This document shows, one piece after another, positions 11,012-23,628 of a DNA stretch of 39,272 nt. Numbering within the stretch: the first letter of the stretch is position 1; the number at the start of each line of letters is the position of its first letter. Origin of the DNA: Craspedostauros australis (taxonomy: Eukaryota). A model generated the notes under the pieces. It was given only the letters and a program-made list of their open reading frames with translations. It ran no database searches and had not been told where the DNA came from. The stretch lies in NCBI GenBank assembly GCA_030167865.1, contig JALAGF010005571.1, positions 1 to 39,272 of the forward strand, in the 5' to 3' direction. The translations under genes were made by a program, and so were the position numbers.

Positions 11012-12811
11012 ATGAGGTCAATACTGTTCGCCCTTTCCGCGCTCGCGACTGCTGATGGTGAGTTCAGCAGAGTGCTGCAATATCATGCCTGCAGTATTGC
11101 ATGGTGCTCCAGCACCTTTCAACTACGAATGCCAATTGAGGAGTCGACCAATTGAGAGATGGAAAGGATGCAGCATCTCGGTTCGCCGCGAATTCAATTC
11201 CGTTTGTTTGACAGGAAATGAAGTGGCGCGACAAGTTTGCGACTGCCTGATTTCCAACCATGTCATGTGTTCGTTCGTTATAGCAACTTTGCGCTCACCA
11301 ATGCGCGACGATCTCCATTCGATTGCCACACTTCTTCCTGCTCTACTTCTTGTTGCTGCATCAACATTCTCGATTGTGAAACCACAGCCTTCTCGGCATC
11401 GACATATGGACGTGGACAGAGGATTTCAACCACGCTCCATGCTGGAATCAACGGCAAGGCTAATGATTTGGTACGAACTTGTGTACTCTTCAGGGTATTC
11501 CACCCACAAACGCAAAGTGGACAGATCACTTCGACAACGTCGTCGATGTGACAATTCCATGCATTCAATCAGCCAAATGTGATGGTGTTTCTTGCTGACG
11601 TTGGCAATAACATGGTTGAAGAAAATCTGCAGACTTTCTCATTGTCTGATCCGTGAGAAGTCTCTCCTCGCTTATCTGAAGTACTCCACTCGATCTGGTT
11701 CGCATATTGTCTCTCACATACACACACGCCCATTCTGCACCACCATACTTCGATTGTTTCTCACTTTGCATCACTCCATTCGGGTTGGTTGGCATCGGTT
11801 CACTGCGATAATCATGAAACAACACTGTCAACTCGGCCAATTCTGACAACATCTCGACAATAACACACCCTCAAAACACACACACACATACACGCCACGC
11901 ATTCCTCGTCACAGGTCCCACTCAGAGCCGGGTCCACATGCGCTCTCATCACCCCATTCACGGACTCTGGCGACATCGATGTGGCCAACTTGGAAAGACT
12001 GTTGCAGATGCATGTGGAGCAAGGAACTGACAATCTTTGCGTTCTGGGCACCACAGCTGAAGCGTCCACCATGTCCATGGAGGAACGCGAGATCGTGCTC
12101 AAGAAAGTCGTCGAAGTTGTCAAGGGCAAGATACCTATCATGGTCGGAACCGGCACCATCAACCCCAACTCCATCAAGGCCATGACGCAGCAGGCGATCG
12201 ACCTCGGCGCAGATGCCAATCTCCTAGTCAGCCCGTACTATGTCAAACCACCACAGAGGGCCCTCGTCAAGCTGTTTACAGAAACGGCGGACATGGGACT
12301 GCCTGTCGTGCTCTACAACGTCCCTGGCCGCACCAGCGTCGATATTTCGGATGAGACCCTCGCGCTCTGCGCCAGCCACAAGAATATTGTCGCCGTCAAG
12401 GATGCCACTGGCGATCTTTCCAGAGTTGCTTCCCTCCGCGCCAAGCTTCAGGCTGCTGGCAATGACGACTTCCTCTTGTACAGCGGCGATGACGGCACCA
12501 CCATGGACTTTGTGCTGAGCGGCGGAGATGGATGCATATCGGTCACTGCCAACCTCGCGCCACGCACAATGCACGACATGGTCGCCGCCGCATTGGAAGG
12601 AGACAAGGCCACGGCCACCGAACTCAACAAGCCGCTGCTCGATCTTCACTCCAAGCTCTTCGTCGAGAGCAACCCAATCCCAGCAAAGTGGGCTGCCATG
12701 AAGATGGGTTTGATAAACAATGCCCTGTGCCGCGCGCCGCTCGATACCATGGACCCCAGCTTCGAACCCATTGTCGAGGCTGCCTTGGCTGAAGCAGGAC
12801 TGCTCGAGTGA
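11012..12811 (+). CDS. dapA: Plastid 4-hydroxy-tetrahydrodipicolinate synthase (DHDPS); exons 11012-11057, 11388-11470, 11915-12811 (341 aa)
   Basis: ALITPF, GTTAE, PYYVKP, LYNVPGRT, VKDATG (Schiff-base Lys), SGDD, GCISVTAN, SNPIPAK. Two short upstream exons rebuilt by hand give MRSILFALSALATADA-FSASTYGRGQRISTTLHAGINGKANDL, with GT-AG junctions in phase. Confidence 0.95.
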
Positions 12812-14121
12812 GTCCAGCATTGTCGCCTTTCAAGATTCTTCAAGCATTTTGTGGGAGATTGATGACCTGAATGCGTGGTGCTGAATTTGGCATTTGTGAT
12901 TTTGGAAACCTCTGCTGTGACGCATTGATGAATCTCGTGCAAAATCAATTCCGTATTCTCTCACCTTTTCTTTCCTACCTGCCGCTCCTCGCACCTGCGC
13001 CATTGTTCCAATCAACTCGCATTATACAGGCTCGCTCATTCCACCGTGTAATGTGTAATTCTGACACCGAAATGTAGCCGAACTGTGGCTACTGCCCGGA
13101 TATGCAAACGCACCATCCGGATGAAGCAACAAACAAACGCGTGCGCTGCTGCGAACCTTCGACCACTGAGATACTCAATGGAGTGCTCGTGGGCAACTAC
13201 GCACTCGATCAATCACAGGGCAGCAATCGCAAAGTAAGCCAAAGCAAAAAGGTGTCGAAACACCCGAAGTAGCTCTGCACGCAACATTTTCAATCATCCA
13301 CTCTTTCCCACATTAGGATGGCGCCGACGGCTTCGTGTCATTTGTGAGGCACCTTGCTTTGAGACGCCGCGGCTATGCTCAACAGAAATACCTTGATACA
13401 GACGGACATCCATGAGTGCACAATCCTTACAGACGAATCATCAATCCAATACCATACCATACACCGTACTACTAAAAACATCATTCACTCATCGTCATAC
13501 ATGCTCGGACCCATCTGCTGTTGGAGCTGCTGCTTCGTCGATGGTGATTCCTCCACGAATGCTTTGCAATGCCACCAAGAAGATTCAATTCCTCATCAAC
13601 TGCGAAAGATGGATGGATGAATGAGCCAAGGACATGCTGCTGTCCTATCTGGCGGCGATGATGACCCAAGAGGACACTGCACCATGCATCAATAACGAAG
13701 TCATCAACCACTCCATGCTTATTCTTGTGCAATGCCACATGATGCAATTCTCTACGTATAATACATGAATGACTACCTGCTCGTATGACGCTGCTGCCTT
13801 GACAAATGTAAATGAGACTTATTCCACGGTCTTCCCTCTCGCTCACTCTCACTCTCTCATTTGCTCTGATGCTGTTGATGTCTTGCACACTCGTACGAGT
13901 ACAACGGCTCTAATCCCTTTTGATCTTCTGATGCGTCCCATCCTTCCCCCGGTCTGTTTGCATTTCGTCGATGATGTCCTCCCTGCATCCGTGCTCCAGA
14001 GACAGTATCGTACTTTTGTACTTTCTCACATGTACATGAACTACTCGTAGTACAGATGGTACTCCTGATCTGAGTATCCATCAATCTGACCACACTTCTC
14101 TTACATACCCCGGCACGGCCA

Positions 14122-16036
14122 TCATTTTTGTCGTTGGATGGCCTTCAATTCCACACCATAACTTTGGTCTTCCAATGCGGCCTTTGAATCAGCAAACAGA
14201 ACACGGTAGGAGACAGGACAATTGTGAGTGATACAGGACGGGCAACCATGTCAGAGGAAATGGACCTCAAGCATATCGAATGAACCGATGAGCTGACGAA
14301 TCCAAATCCATACCGGTCCGCAAGTGCATGGGCATGCGTATTTTCACTTGTGCCGGCCAGTTCTCCGTGAAAACATAGCAAACATGCACAGAACGCAGCG
14401 CCATTCACAAAATGAGCATCGCCGCGCACTTACATTGTAGATATCTGCCGCCAGGACCGACTTTGTCGCAATGGCCGGCGGTTTGGCATGCACCACGGGT
14501 TTCTTCGAGGCCGCGCCAGCTGTCGCATGCAACGGCGGCTTGACGACGCTCTCACCTGCCGGAGGATCCATCTTCTGCCTCGATGCAGCGTCGTTGTTGC
14601 CGACACCACGCATTCGAAAGCCGATTGGTTTGCCGCCCTCGTTGACATTGACCTTGATGCTGATCTGTCCGGCCCGCAGCTTGCTGTGTTCCGTCACCGC
14701 CACATCCGACATTTCCTTGTCCCATTCCTTGTCCTCCTTTGCGGAATGCAACGCTCGCTTCAGCTCCCAGTCCGCCAGTTCAAGGTAGCTGCGCACGTGA
14801 GAGCGGGCGAGGAAGGTGACGCGGGTGCGCATGTGGGTCGTTGCAGAGATGGTCGAAGGCAATGGCAAAAAGACGGAGACATAGTATTGTTGGAGACGTA
14901 GGAAGGCACAAGAATGCAAGGTTGCAGCATGAGGGACTGTATTGCACAGGAGGATGAAGAAAGGCAGGCACTCTACAGACGCTCGCGGCCGTTCAGGGGC
15001 ACTCGCATCCACTTACACCCACTATTACACACCCACACTTACACCCACACTTACACACACACACTTACACACACACTTACACACACACACACACATCGAC
15101 ATACAACTGCAGACACGCATGGATTCGAATGACTTACACCTTGGCTTCGCCCATGCTGAGATCCGGATGCTCGGCTTGGAAGTAATGCAGCTTGTACTCT
15201 TTGGTGTCCGTGTCCTGCACGCGGATGAATCCCGTGCGCAGAGCCTGCTTGGACAGAGGGATGAGAAGCTTCTTGGGCGCCGAGTGCAAGGAATGCCCCG
15301 TGAAGTGATTGGCACGTCGCAGGCTCGACGCGCTGACCTTGTAGGCGATGCAGATGCCCTGCACCGTGTCCGTGGGCAGGACGATGTGCTCGACGTAATC
15401 AACGCCAAGCACGCCCTTGCCGGATGGTCCCAGGACGTTGTCGTGGGAGTCGATGGTGGACGATGAGTTGGTCCTCTGGATCTTGTAGGGAACGGAGAGC
15501 GTGGTGTTGGAAGAGTTGTCGTGCTCCAGGGATGCGATGGAACGCACCGATCCCGCCCGGGCAACGAAGATGGCTTCGGCGTTGTTCGAGGAGCAGAAGG
15601 ATCCCCTCTCGGACAGCAGCTCCCAGTCGTTCTCGTGCGCATATCCGGTCGATGACGTTGCCAGCGCCCCTGCTTTGGTCTTTGAGACGATCGCTCCCTT
15701 GGGCAGTACCACGATGGTCCTTTGCGGGATCTCATCGACCAACTCTGGTTCTCGTGCCGGCGTTCCTTCTTTGTGTTGTTGGTTGCTGTTGTTGCAGCTG
15801 CTACTGCTCTTGGTGACATCGTTGCCGCCCTTTTCTCTCTTCATTTGCTTCCCTTCATCATTGTTGCTTCGGGATGCTGGAGCTGGCAGGGGTTCCAATC
15901 TCTCCGCTTTCGCTTTCGCTTTCGCCGCAGTTGCTGCCGCAGGTTGCTCCTGGATCGTCTCTTCAGTCGTCGTCAACGGAAGCGCTGATGAGATGAACTG
16001 GTGCAGCTTGAAGGTGAACCGATTCCCAGATGCCAT
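14122..16036 (-). CDS. LysM-domain protein with UBA-like motif; exons 16036-15138, 14788-14434, 14181-14122 (about 437 aa)
   Basis: LysM pattern YVEHIVLPTDTVQGICIAYKVSASSLRRANHFTGHSLHSAPKKLLIP, followed by FQAEHPDLSMGEAKVYLELADWELKRAL (UBA-like) across intron 1. The last exon (AALEDQSYGVELKAIQRQK*) uses an AAG acceptor and is less certain. Confidence 0.75.
15010..15095. repeat. Compound (CA)n / ACACCCACACTT simple repeat in LysM gene intron 1
   Basis: Read directly: acttacacccactattacacacccacacttacacccacacttacacacacacacttacac... Confidence 0.85.
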
Positions 16037-18037
16037 CGTTGTGGTTGACGTCCTTGCGTAGCTCGCACTGGTGATTGTGGGGGTACTCGTATCCTCAGGG
16101 TGGTAAGATGGTGTCAGCTGCCGTTGTTGCTTCCACGTTTCTTGTCAGATGGAGATGATCCTTTCGTGTCCCACCAACTGGTGTCTGTAATAGATCGCAC
16201 TATGTATTATTATATGTTATGTGTGTGTGCTTGGTTATGATTCGTTACCTTCGCTTGTTCAGCAAAGCATCAGCACAACACTGGTGCAGAATAGAATAAT
16301 AGAATAGCAGTGCTGTATTGTGCGACTGCTCCGCTCGACGATTATGTGACCGCCTCACAAGCCATTCTCGTTTGATTTCTCATCGTCTCTTTGTCTTTCT
16401 GCCTCCTCTTGCCAGCTTCGTGGCTGCTCTCTCTCTCATGTTGCTCAGGCGGTGAGCAAGAAACAAGGTCCCGCACGTTGGAAGGCAGAAGAGGGGAGAT
16501 TGCGGATCAGCAAGAACGACAGAGCACCGCGAATGACTGGAACGGGCGAAACATCCCCATGAAGATGGTCGCGATGTCTCTTTCTGCGCGCGTATTCTTG
16601 CTGCGGATGCCTGTTGATGTTTTTATTTTGGCCGAATGCAAAGAATTTATCTGTGTCGCGTTGATGTGTCCCACAAAGACCATTTTTGTGAAGATCATCG
16701 TGACGCAACTGTTCTTTCTTGGTTGCCGTTCGACGCACTCACATGGATGAAACTGTTCAAAAACAACGGCTCCAACGCCTTATGTTAATCGTGCTTTTTT
16801 CATCCAAGTCCCGTAAATGCGCTTCTATTCAGACATGAATGCAACATTTGGCTTAATTACCGAGCACCAAATTTGGCCAAGACACTGGTGACAAACAAGT
16901 TCACGATTTCACCTCACGCCAGAACAATTGGCCAAGAGAGGGTGCCACGCAGAGTTCCTGCATACGAATCGCTTTGACGGGAGCAGATGGCTTGTTCGGC
17001 GTCATGTTAGGCGACCTGATGATGGTCATTCCGCCCACTCTGTGATCAGCACCGAGTAGCTCGTATAGTACTCTGGAGAGGCGCTGCTGTCCCTGCCCTC
17101 TCTGGCCCCGAGAGTGTTGTCTAGTGAGCAGGTGCGCAGTTGGTGCCCAAGAGAGGAATGATGGATCTTGAACCACCTCATGCGCACATCGTTGGCCTCT
17201 GGTGTTGGAATCCCTCGAGTAGTCGTACGCAGAGCAGTGCTGTACAAACTACCTACTCTGCAGAAAGTACTCTCTCCTGTCTTCCACGATCACACGAACA
17301 TCAAGATCGTGTTGGGAATCATATAATACGAACAACATGGCAACAGACACCGATGCCGAGCGAGGGAGGCATCCATGCGTGGCCCCATAGCTATCCGCAC
17401 ACGTCACAACCTCTGCCGGTGTCTGTACCATACGACCCACTGTCCATGCTCCGCCACACACTACACTCGCGGTCATGGTCCGATCCTGAATCATTCGACT
17501 CTTCGATGTGGTCTGCGCCATTTCGCAGGCGTTCTGGTTGGTTCACTAATTTGGTCGTGGGTTTGGCGCCATAAATTTGAACGCAACGCACACGTGAGGA
17601 GCAACCATTCTCCTCTCGGTTCGGATTGGGTGGCCTCTGGTCTTCTCGTTGGGATGTGACTGCTGGGCGGACTTCGGGTCACATCTCCTATCTGCGACGG
17701 TTGAGGATGTTGTTTCGCTTTTGATTTCCGTTTGCTATTGTATGATCTATTGTGTATGGTATTCTACTACACATCTTCCAGTTGCATCGCGCTTGGTTGT
17801 GGGCAATGCGCTTTGTTGCGGCGTGGAGCCGTCATGGTAGCATCGCGCGACGTTGATTGCCGAAGACTCCTTCCCCATGGCTCGCACACATAACCCAGCG
17901 GACCCAAGCGCTACATTGCACCAGCAGAAGACAAAGAGGAAACGATACCGAACATCGGCCACAGAAACCGTTGCTGCATCCAACAAAAAAGCAAGAGCAG
18001 TAGAAGGCATAGAAGCAACAGAAGCAACAAGACAAAG

Positions 18038-19759
18038 ATGAAGGTCCGAGGAGTCCGCAAGGCCGGTCTGGGCATGTTGGGTATTGTCAGCATCGTGCTG
18101 TACGAACTATCGACAGCTCACGTAGGTGCAGCCAAGACACGACCAGAAGGCAGGACCATCCGCATCGTCAACCAAAGCGGCCGAAAAATCGTGGTGGATT
18201 GGGTGGACCCATCGACGGGAGATCTCATCACGGTGTCTTCCCCCGACGTGGACAACGGGAAGACAATCGCCTTCGATTCGTACGTGGACCACGCCTTCAT
18301 GATCCATGAGCCATCGAACGGAACAGAATGCACGGCTGGCAGCCAATTGAGTTCCGATGATGCATCGTGCATCGGGTCGATGATCGTGGTCACTGACGAT
18401 GAAGATCAAGGTATGTGTGCACGTGTGTGATACAAGCGTGTGTATGTGTGGCACATATCATCTGTAGTACGTGTATTCATCGTCCTCTGACGAAGAATGA
18501 CGCGCATGGCATTCCATACCATACAATGCCATCCCATTGCGTAGCACAGAATGCACGCATTGATTGTTGGATGATCCATGTCATCATCAAGTTCGATGTT
18601 TCCTAACTTACCGTTCCGTTCCGTTCCGTATCGCCAACCTTGACTTGGATCTTGCGCATGCTCCTCAATGCTTGTACTCCATGAACTGTGCCATCGTACT
18701 CGTACTGCAGTTGCGTTGGTGGGAGAGGATATGGATGTTGTCTTCCCCAAGGAATCTCCAGCCTACGGCGGAGACTACGAGGAAGAGGAAGGAGAAGAAG
18801 TCGAGGACTGCAAGGAATACGTGCAGGAGAAGGTGGATGAAGGTAGCATCACATCCACCCAGGCATTCGATGAATTGGCGAACTGCCTCGAGAGCAAGGC
18901 ATCGAACCAACTGTTCGAAGGCAACAACGAGGTCGAATTCCAGGCCGAGCTTCGGATGGACATCTCGGATCGGATGGAAAATCACACCTGCGGAGACCCA
19001 GCCGCCGAAACCTCAGCACCGATCCGAACGCAGACCTGGGAGTATCTGGGCACGACGCGTAACGTCAAGATTCTGCACGATCGGCCGTCAAGCCAAATCC
19101 ATGCCATCGAGGACTTCATCTCGCCCGAGGAATGCAAGGCCATCCAGGATGCCGCGGAGAAGAAACTGCATCGTGGCACAGTCGCTGACGGATCTGGCGG
19201 AAGTCGATTGTCCGATGTCCGCAAGGCCATGCAAGCTGGTGTGCGTGTTCCATGGGACAAAGAACATCAGGGCGATCCGATCGCCGCCGTGATGAGGCGG
19301 CTGTACAACTACACCAACGACGCCGTTGGCTACAACCTGCAAGTCGAAGGACAGGAGGATATCATGTCCATCCAGTACTTTGGACGTGGGTTGAACGCCA
19401 CGGAATCGCCGGATCAGTACCGTCCGCATTGCGACGGAAGCTGCGCAGGTCTCCCCCACGTCCATGGCAGCCGCGTAGCCACGATGGTCATGTACTGCGA
19501 CGTCCCGGAGCTTGGCGGTGGCACCAACTTCCAGCATTCCAACGTGTTCGTCAAGCCGCAGCTTGGTGCAGCAGCATTCTTCTCGTACATGAACAACGAA
19601 ACTCGACACATGGAGGAAGGATTCACAACGCACAGCGGATGCCCCGTCATCGAGGGTACCAAGCGCATCGCTGTGCACTGGATGCGGATTGGCGTCGACA
19701 AGGTCAACACGTGGTCCAGCTTCAACACGCTGACAATCAAGAGAGGTGAAAGCGACTGA
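18038..19759 (+). CDS. Secretory-pathway prolyl 4-hydroxylase-like 2OG-Fe(II) oxygenase with N-terminal VHL-beta-like domain; exons 18038-18410, 18711-19759 (473 aa)
   Basis: Signal peptide, then IEDFISPEEC, YRPHCDG (HxD), RVATMVMYC, GGGTNF, and HSGCPVIEGTK (distal His and 2OG-binding Lys). Phase-1 intron GTATGT...CTGCAG joins the two ORF-track pieces in frame. Confidence 0.88.
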
Positions 19760-20232
19760 GCGGAGAATTTGAAGCATCGTTGCCGCACCACCGGCAGAGA
19801 ATTATTACCATCACTACGACACAATAGATTGTATACATGAAGTACGAGAAATCCACTTCCTATTATATTTTCATTCATTGTCGACCGCTTGCATCGCGTT
19901 GCGTTGTCCTTGCGCATGCTTTGACCTATGCGTTCTCTTATGTGCAGTCTCTTTGCCGTTGCTCTATCAACACCATACGTGCGAGTACAAGCAATCATCA
20001 GGCTTCGATTCCTTGCGCTACTTTGCTTGCTTTTGTGTTTACTTTGTTCATTTTGTGCATGGCCATTCCAACCAGTACTGGACTACGAATGCGCACTGTG
20101 TCTTGGCACTTGCTGTCATCCATCTACGGACATGTGTCCTGCTTGACCTTCATGAAGTCTGTCTACCTGCTTTCTTTCCTTCCCTCCATTAGCCATCGCA
20201 TTCTTTGCCTACTCGTATTCTCGATTCTGCTC

Positions 20233-23200
20233 CTATTTTTCGCACTCCCTGACGATCTGCTTGGCAAGATCAATCGTCACGTTGAAAATGTTGCGATCGG
20301 CCTCACCGAAGCCAAGTTCCTTGGCCTTGTCGCCGTCGTTGTACGACTGGATGTAAATCTCGCAGAAGGCCTTCAAACCATGCTCCTCCAGCGCTTCGCG
20401 GTACTTGCTTCCTGACTCGGCAAGGTTCAGCAGGATGACCAGCACACGGTGCATAATCTCCGGCCTTCCGCTCTGCAGCAGCTGGTCCATGCGTTCCTTG
20501 AAATTGGGGAGCTCGATGAGGACGTCCAGGATCGCAGGGTCCTGCGTCGACATGGCCAACCCGCCAGCAGCAGCACGCGCGCATTCGTAGTTGTCATCAA
20601 AATCCGTGGACAGCGCGAGCCATAACCGCAGCGTGTCCACCTCGCGCAGATGCAGCAGCATCTTTTCATGCGGCACAAGGTTGCACATGGCCTCGGTGGC
20701 GGCACGTTTGACCATCTCGTGTTCCGAAAACATGGCAAAGTTGAATGATGGGATGCCCTTTTCTGTGATGATCTTGTTCTTGGCATCGTCACCGGACGCT
20801 CCAAGATTGGTCAACGCCATGAGCGCCTCGAAGTGCTGCAAGTCCTTGGCGTGGATATCGCGCACCAGATTCACCAACGGCTTGATTGAGCCCAATCGCT
20901 GCGCCGCGGTCAGCAGGCTTGGGTTGGTCGTGACCAGCAGCTTCGACAGACAATGGCGTCCGATGCGAATTATCTTCTTCTTTTGATCGCTTGGTGACTT
21001 CTCCTCGCGATCGATCTTGATGAGCGCCGACAGGACACCCTGCTGGATCATAGTTCCGCGCACAGATGGTTCGTTGGCCATTCTCGACATGGCCAGCAGA
21101 ATCTGCTCCTGCGTTTGGTCGCTCGCACCGTTCATGAGCTGCACGAGCGCTGTGGGGACGTTGCCCTTTGCCATCTTGCGGATGCGCTCCGCACAATTCT
21201 CGGGCGTGTCGTCGTACTCTTCCTTCTTCTCCTCCATGTCCTTTTCTTCATCCGTCTTTTGCATGTTCTGAATTTCGTCGTACTGCTCCATGGTGACCTG
21301 CTTGCCCTCGAAGGATTCCTTGCGCAGTGTCTGGATGGTGACGGCCATGTGCTGGAAGATGGATGCCAATCCGAATCCCACCAGGGCTTCGCCTGCCTCC
21401 GGTTCGCCTGCGACCTTCACCAGCAGCTCCAACGCTGTGTGATCAGAGTCCGGCGAGGCTTCGATTCCATGAGCGAGCTCCTCCTTCATTTGTGTCTTGG
21501 ACACGAGGTAGGTCATGACCTCGATACCACGCTCGATGGATGTGTTGGCGACGGAGCTGGTGGTGTCGAGCTTCTTGGAAATGAGGGCATCCGTCTTGCT
21601 GTTGGCTTCCTGCGTGATGGGTGCATCCTCGAGCATGTGGCATGCAGCCTCCAGGAGATGCAGCAGTTCAGCCTCATCCTCGCCCTTCTCTGCCAGTCCG
21701 ATCTTGGCGATGGCTGACGCCGCGGCCGTGCGAATATCACGATCCGGATGTCCCACCAGCGTCTTCATCGCGGTCTCCGTCAGCAACGTGGCCACGACAG
21801 GACGCGTTTCCTTGACAGACGCGGCCGATGCCAGAACCTCACCGGCAAGGCACATGGCGCTCTTGTCGTTGGACAGAACGAGGGAATCCAGATCCGGGCG
21901 GCAATCCGGCCAACCTTGTCCCATGGCCCACGCACCCACCTCGGGTGTTGCGAGCAGCAGCGCAGAAGCGATCCCTGCACGTTCCTTCTGTCTGTACAAC
22001 GTGACTGGTCCCGACTCCTTCAATGCGAGCGCATCATCTTCGACCGTCTCCACACCGTCCTTCTCTTCGTCGTAATCATCCGGCAGTTCTTCGATGACGA
22101 CACCGAGCTTGTTGTCGTCACCGTCGCCGCCTGCGTTTGCCTTTTTCGCCTTGTCCGCTTCACCTCGGAATCCCAAGTACGGGCCGACGACCTTCTGGAT
22201 GCGTTCCGATTCGTCCATGCCGCCGAACAGCTTGCCGATCAGCACGGTGATTTCGCGTCGCAACGATGCATCGTCCTGCGCGGTGTCGATGACGCACCGC
22301 AGCACGACATCCAGCCCACCCTTCTCGCAGAACTGAATGCAGCGTTCAAAGGCCCAGGCTCGGTCTCGCGTGCGCGATTCGCGTTCCCGAGCACGGTAGT
22401 CGGAGAGCTGCTTGGGGTTGAGTTGGCGCAGTTCGGCCTGCGTCTTGGCAGGCGGAATGTCGGCGACGCCCGGTTCGAGGGAGGCGCGGATGATGGCCTG
22501 GCGATCGCTGCCGGCGATGAAGGTGGAGAGGACATCCAGCGCCGCGCGAATGCACTTGATGCTCTGCGTGGAGAAGGACGCGATCAGGGCCTTGTGGATG
22601 CAATCATACTGCAGCAGAGTCTTTCCGGTGACCTCCTTGGTGAGATCTGGATCGTCCCTGTCGAAGTGGAGGATGCAGCGCAGCACGATCGCCAGCGCGG
22701 CAATGACAATGTCCTCGTCGCCTTGCGGCGTGGCCGTGTTCTCGAGGATGAAATCGCAGATGACGACCTGCAGGTCCGGCAGAAATTGGCGGCAGAATGG
22801 TGGATGGATCGCGGCGCACGCAACGCACTGCAACGCCAAAGAACGCATCTTGGTCGCATCCTGGGCTGTCTTGTCGTCCTTTCCGCCGGCATCCGCCGCA
22901 TTCGCAGATGGCGGTGACTGCAGAATGTCGAGCATGGTCTGAACACCCTTGAGTCGACCGAATTCCATGGACGCCGAGCTGCTGTCGTTGGTGAGCAGAC
23001 CGAGGATGACCTTGACGCTCTGCAGGGCTTTCTTGACGTCCTCTGGCGTGGCACTAGCGGCGTTGTCGGTGGTCGCGGCACGCAGCTGGTCCAGGGTCTT
23101 GCCCATGGGCGAATGGCTGGCCTTGTTCTTGGATTGGACGGCGTGCTGCGAACGGATGGTGTTGAGGAGGATGGTGGCGTCCTTGTTGGTGGAGTCGATG

Positions 23201-23628
23201 CTGAGCACCTGCAGGAGGTCCTTGGCGGCGAGGTTGAGCATGTCCTCCGTCTTGTTGTGCGCGTTGAAGGGCATGTTGTACTGCAGGTAGCGGGCCTTGG
23301 CACGTCGGAAGAGGATCTTGGGACGCAGCTTGGTGGCCGTGGCGTTGGCCTCCGAGCTGCTGCTGCCATCCATGAGAAGCACGGCGGCGTCGCAGTCCTC
23401 GATGCATTCCTGCAGCTTGGGCGTCTTGACGTAGCACGCCGCCCTGTTGGAGAGCAGCGAGATCTTGATGGACGCGCCTTCCGCGGACAGCGCGACCACG
23501 CGGTCCATCAGGACCAAGCCCTGGGAGTAGGAGCTGACGGCATCTTCCACGTTGGACTTGCCGAAGGCCGTGTTGCCCTTCTGCTTCCACTCATTCGCCT
23601 CTGCTTCGTATTCCTTGTCAGACGGCAT
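20233..23628 (-). CDS. UNC45: UNC-45 myosin chaperone (TPR + armadillo/UCS), 1131 aa
   Basis: N-terminal TPR (KQKGNTAF...YSQGL...LLSNRAACY...CIEDCD...KILFRRAKA); UCS domain (RGTMIQQG, LSKLLVTTNP, LQHFEALMALTNL, VKRAATEAMCNL, RAAAGGLAM, IMHR). Confidence 0.93.
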   Translation of the reverse strand: MPSDKEYEAEANEWKQKGNTAFGKSNVEDAVSSYSQGLVLMDRVVALSAEGASIKISLLSNRAACYVKTPKLQECIEDCDAAVLLMDGSSSSEANATATKLRPKILFRRAKARYLQYNMPFNAHNKTEDMLNLAAKDLLQVLSIDSTNKDATILLNTIRSQHAVQSKNKASHSPMGKTLDQLRAATTDNAASATPEDVKKALQSVKVILGLLTNDSSSASMEFGRLKGVQTMLDILQSPPSANAADAGGKDDKTAQDATKMRSLALQCVACAAIHPPFCRQFLPDLQVVICDFILENTATPQGDEDIVIAALAIVLRCILHFDRDDPDLTKEVTGKTLLQYDCIHKALIASFSTQSIKCIRAALDVLSTFIAGSDRQAIIRASLEPGVADIPPAKTQAELRQLNPKQLSDYRARERESRTRDRAWAFERCIQFCEKGGLDVVLRCVIDTAQDDASLRREITVLIGKLFGGMDESERIQKVVGPYLGFRGEADKAKKANAGGDGDDNKLGVVIEELPDDYDEEKDGVETVEDDALALKESGPVTLYRQKERAGIASALLLATPEVGAWAMGQGWPDCRPDLDSLVLSNDKSAMCLAGEVLASAASVKETRPVVATLLTETAMKTLVGHPDRDIRTAAASAIAKIGLAEKGEDEAELLHLLEAACHMLEDAPITQEANSKTDALISKKLDTTSSVANTSIERGIEVMTYLVSKTQMKEELAHGIEASPDSDHTALELLVKVAGEPEAGEALVGFGLASIFQHMAVTIQTLRKESFEGKQVTMEQYDEIQNMQKTDEEKDMEEKKEEYDDTPENCAERIRKMAKGNVPTALVQLMNGASDQTQEQILLAMSRMANEPSVRGTMIQQGVLSALIKIDREEKSPSDQKKKIIRIGRHCLSKLLVTTNPSLLTAAQRLGSIKPLVNLVRDIHAKDLQHFEALMALTNLGASGDDAKNKIITEKGIPSFNFAMFSEHEMVKRAATEAMCNLVPHEKMLLHLREVDTLRLWLALSTDFDDNYECARAAAGGLAMSTQDPAILDVLIELPNFKERMDQLLQSGRPEIMHRVLVILLNLAESGSKYREALEEHGLKAFCEIYIQSYNDGDKAKELGFGEADRNIFNVTIDLAKQIVRECEK

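Noticed and set aside
12830..14100. Possible gene or C/D snoRNA (TGATGA/CTGA words) between dapA and the LysM gene
   Set aside because: No properly spaced box C/D pair with terminal stem and no credible ORF.
16390..18030. Short ORFs including the 144-aa 17140..17574
   Set aside because: Non-ATG or weak starts and no recognisable family; a non-coding transcript cannot be excluded without RNA data.
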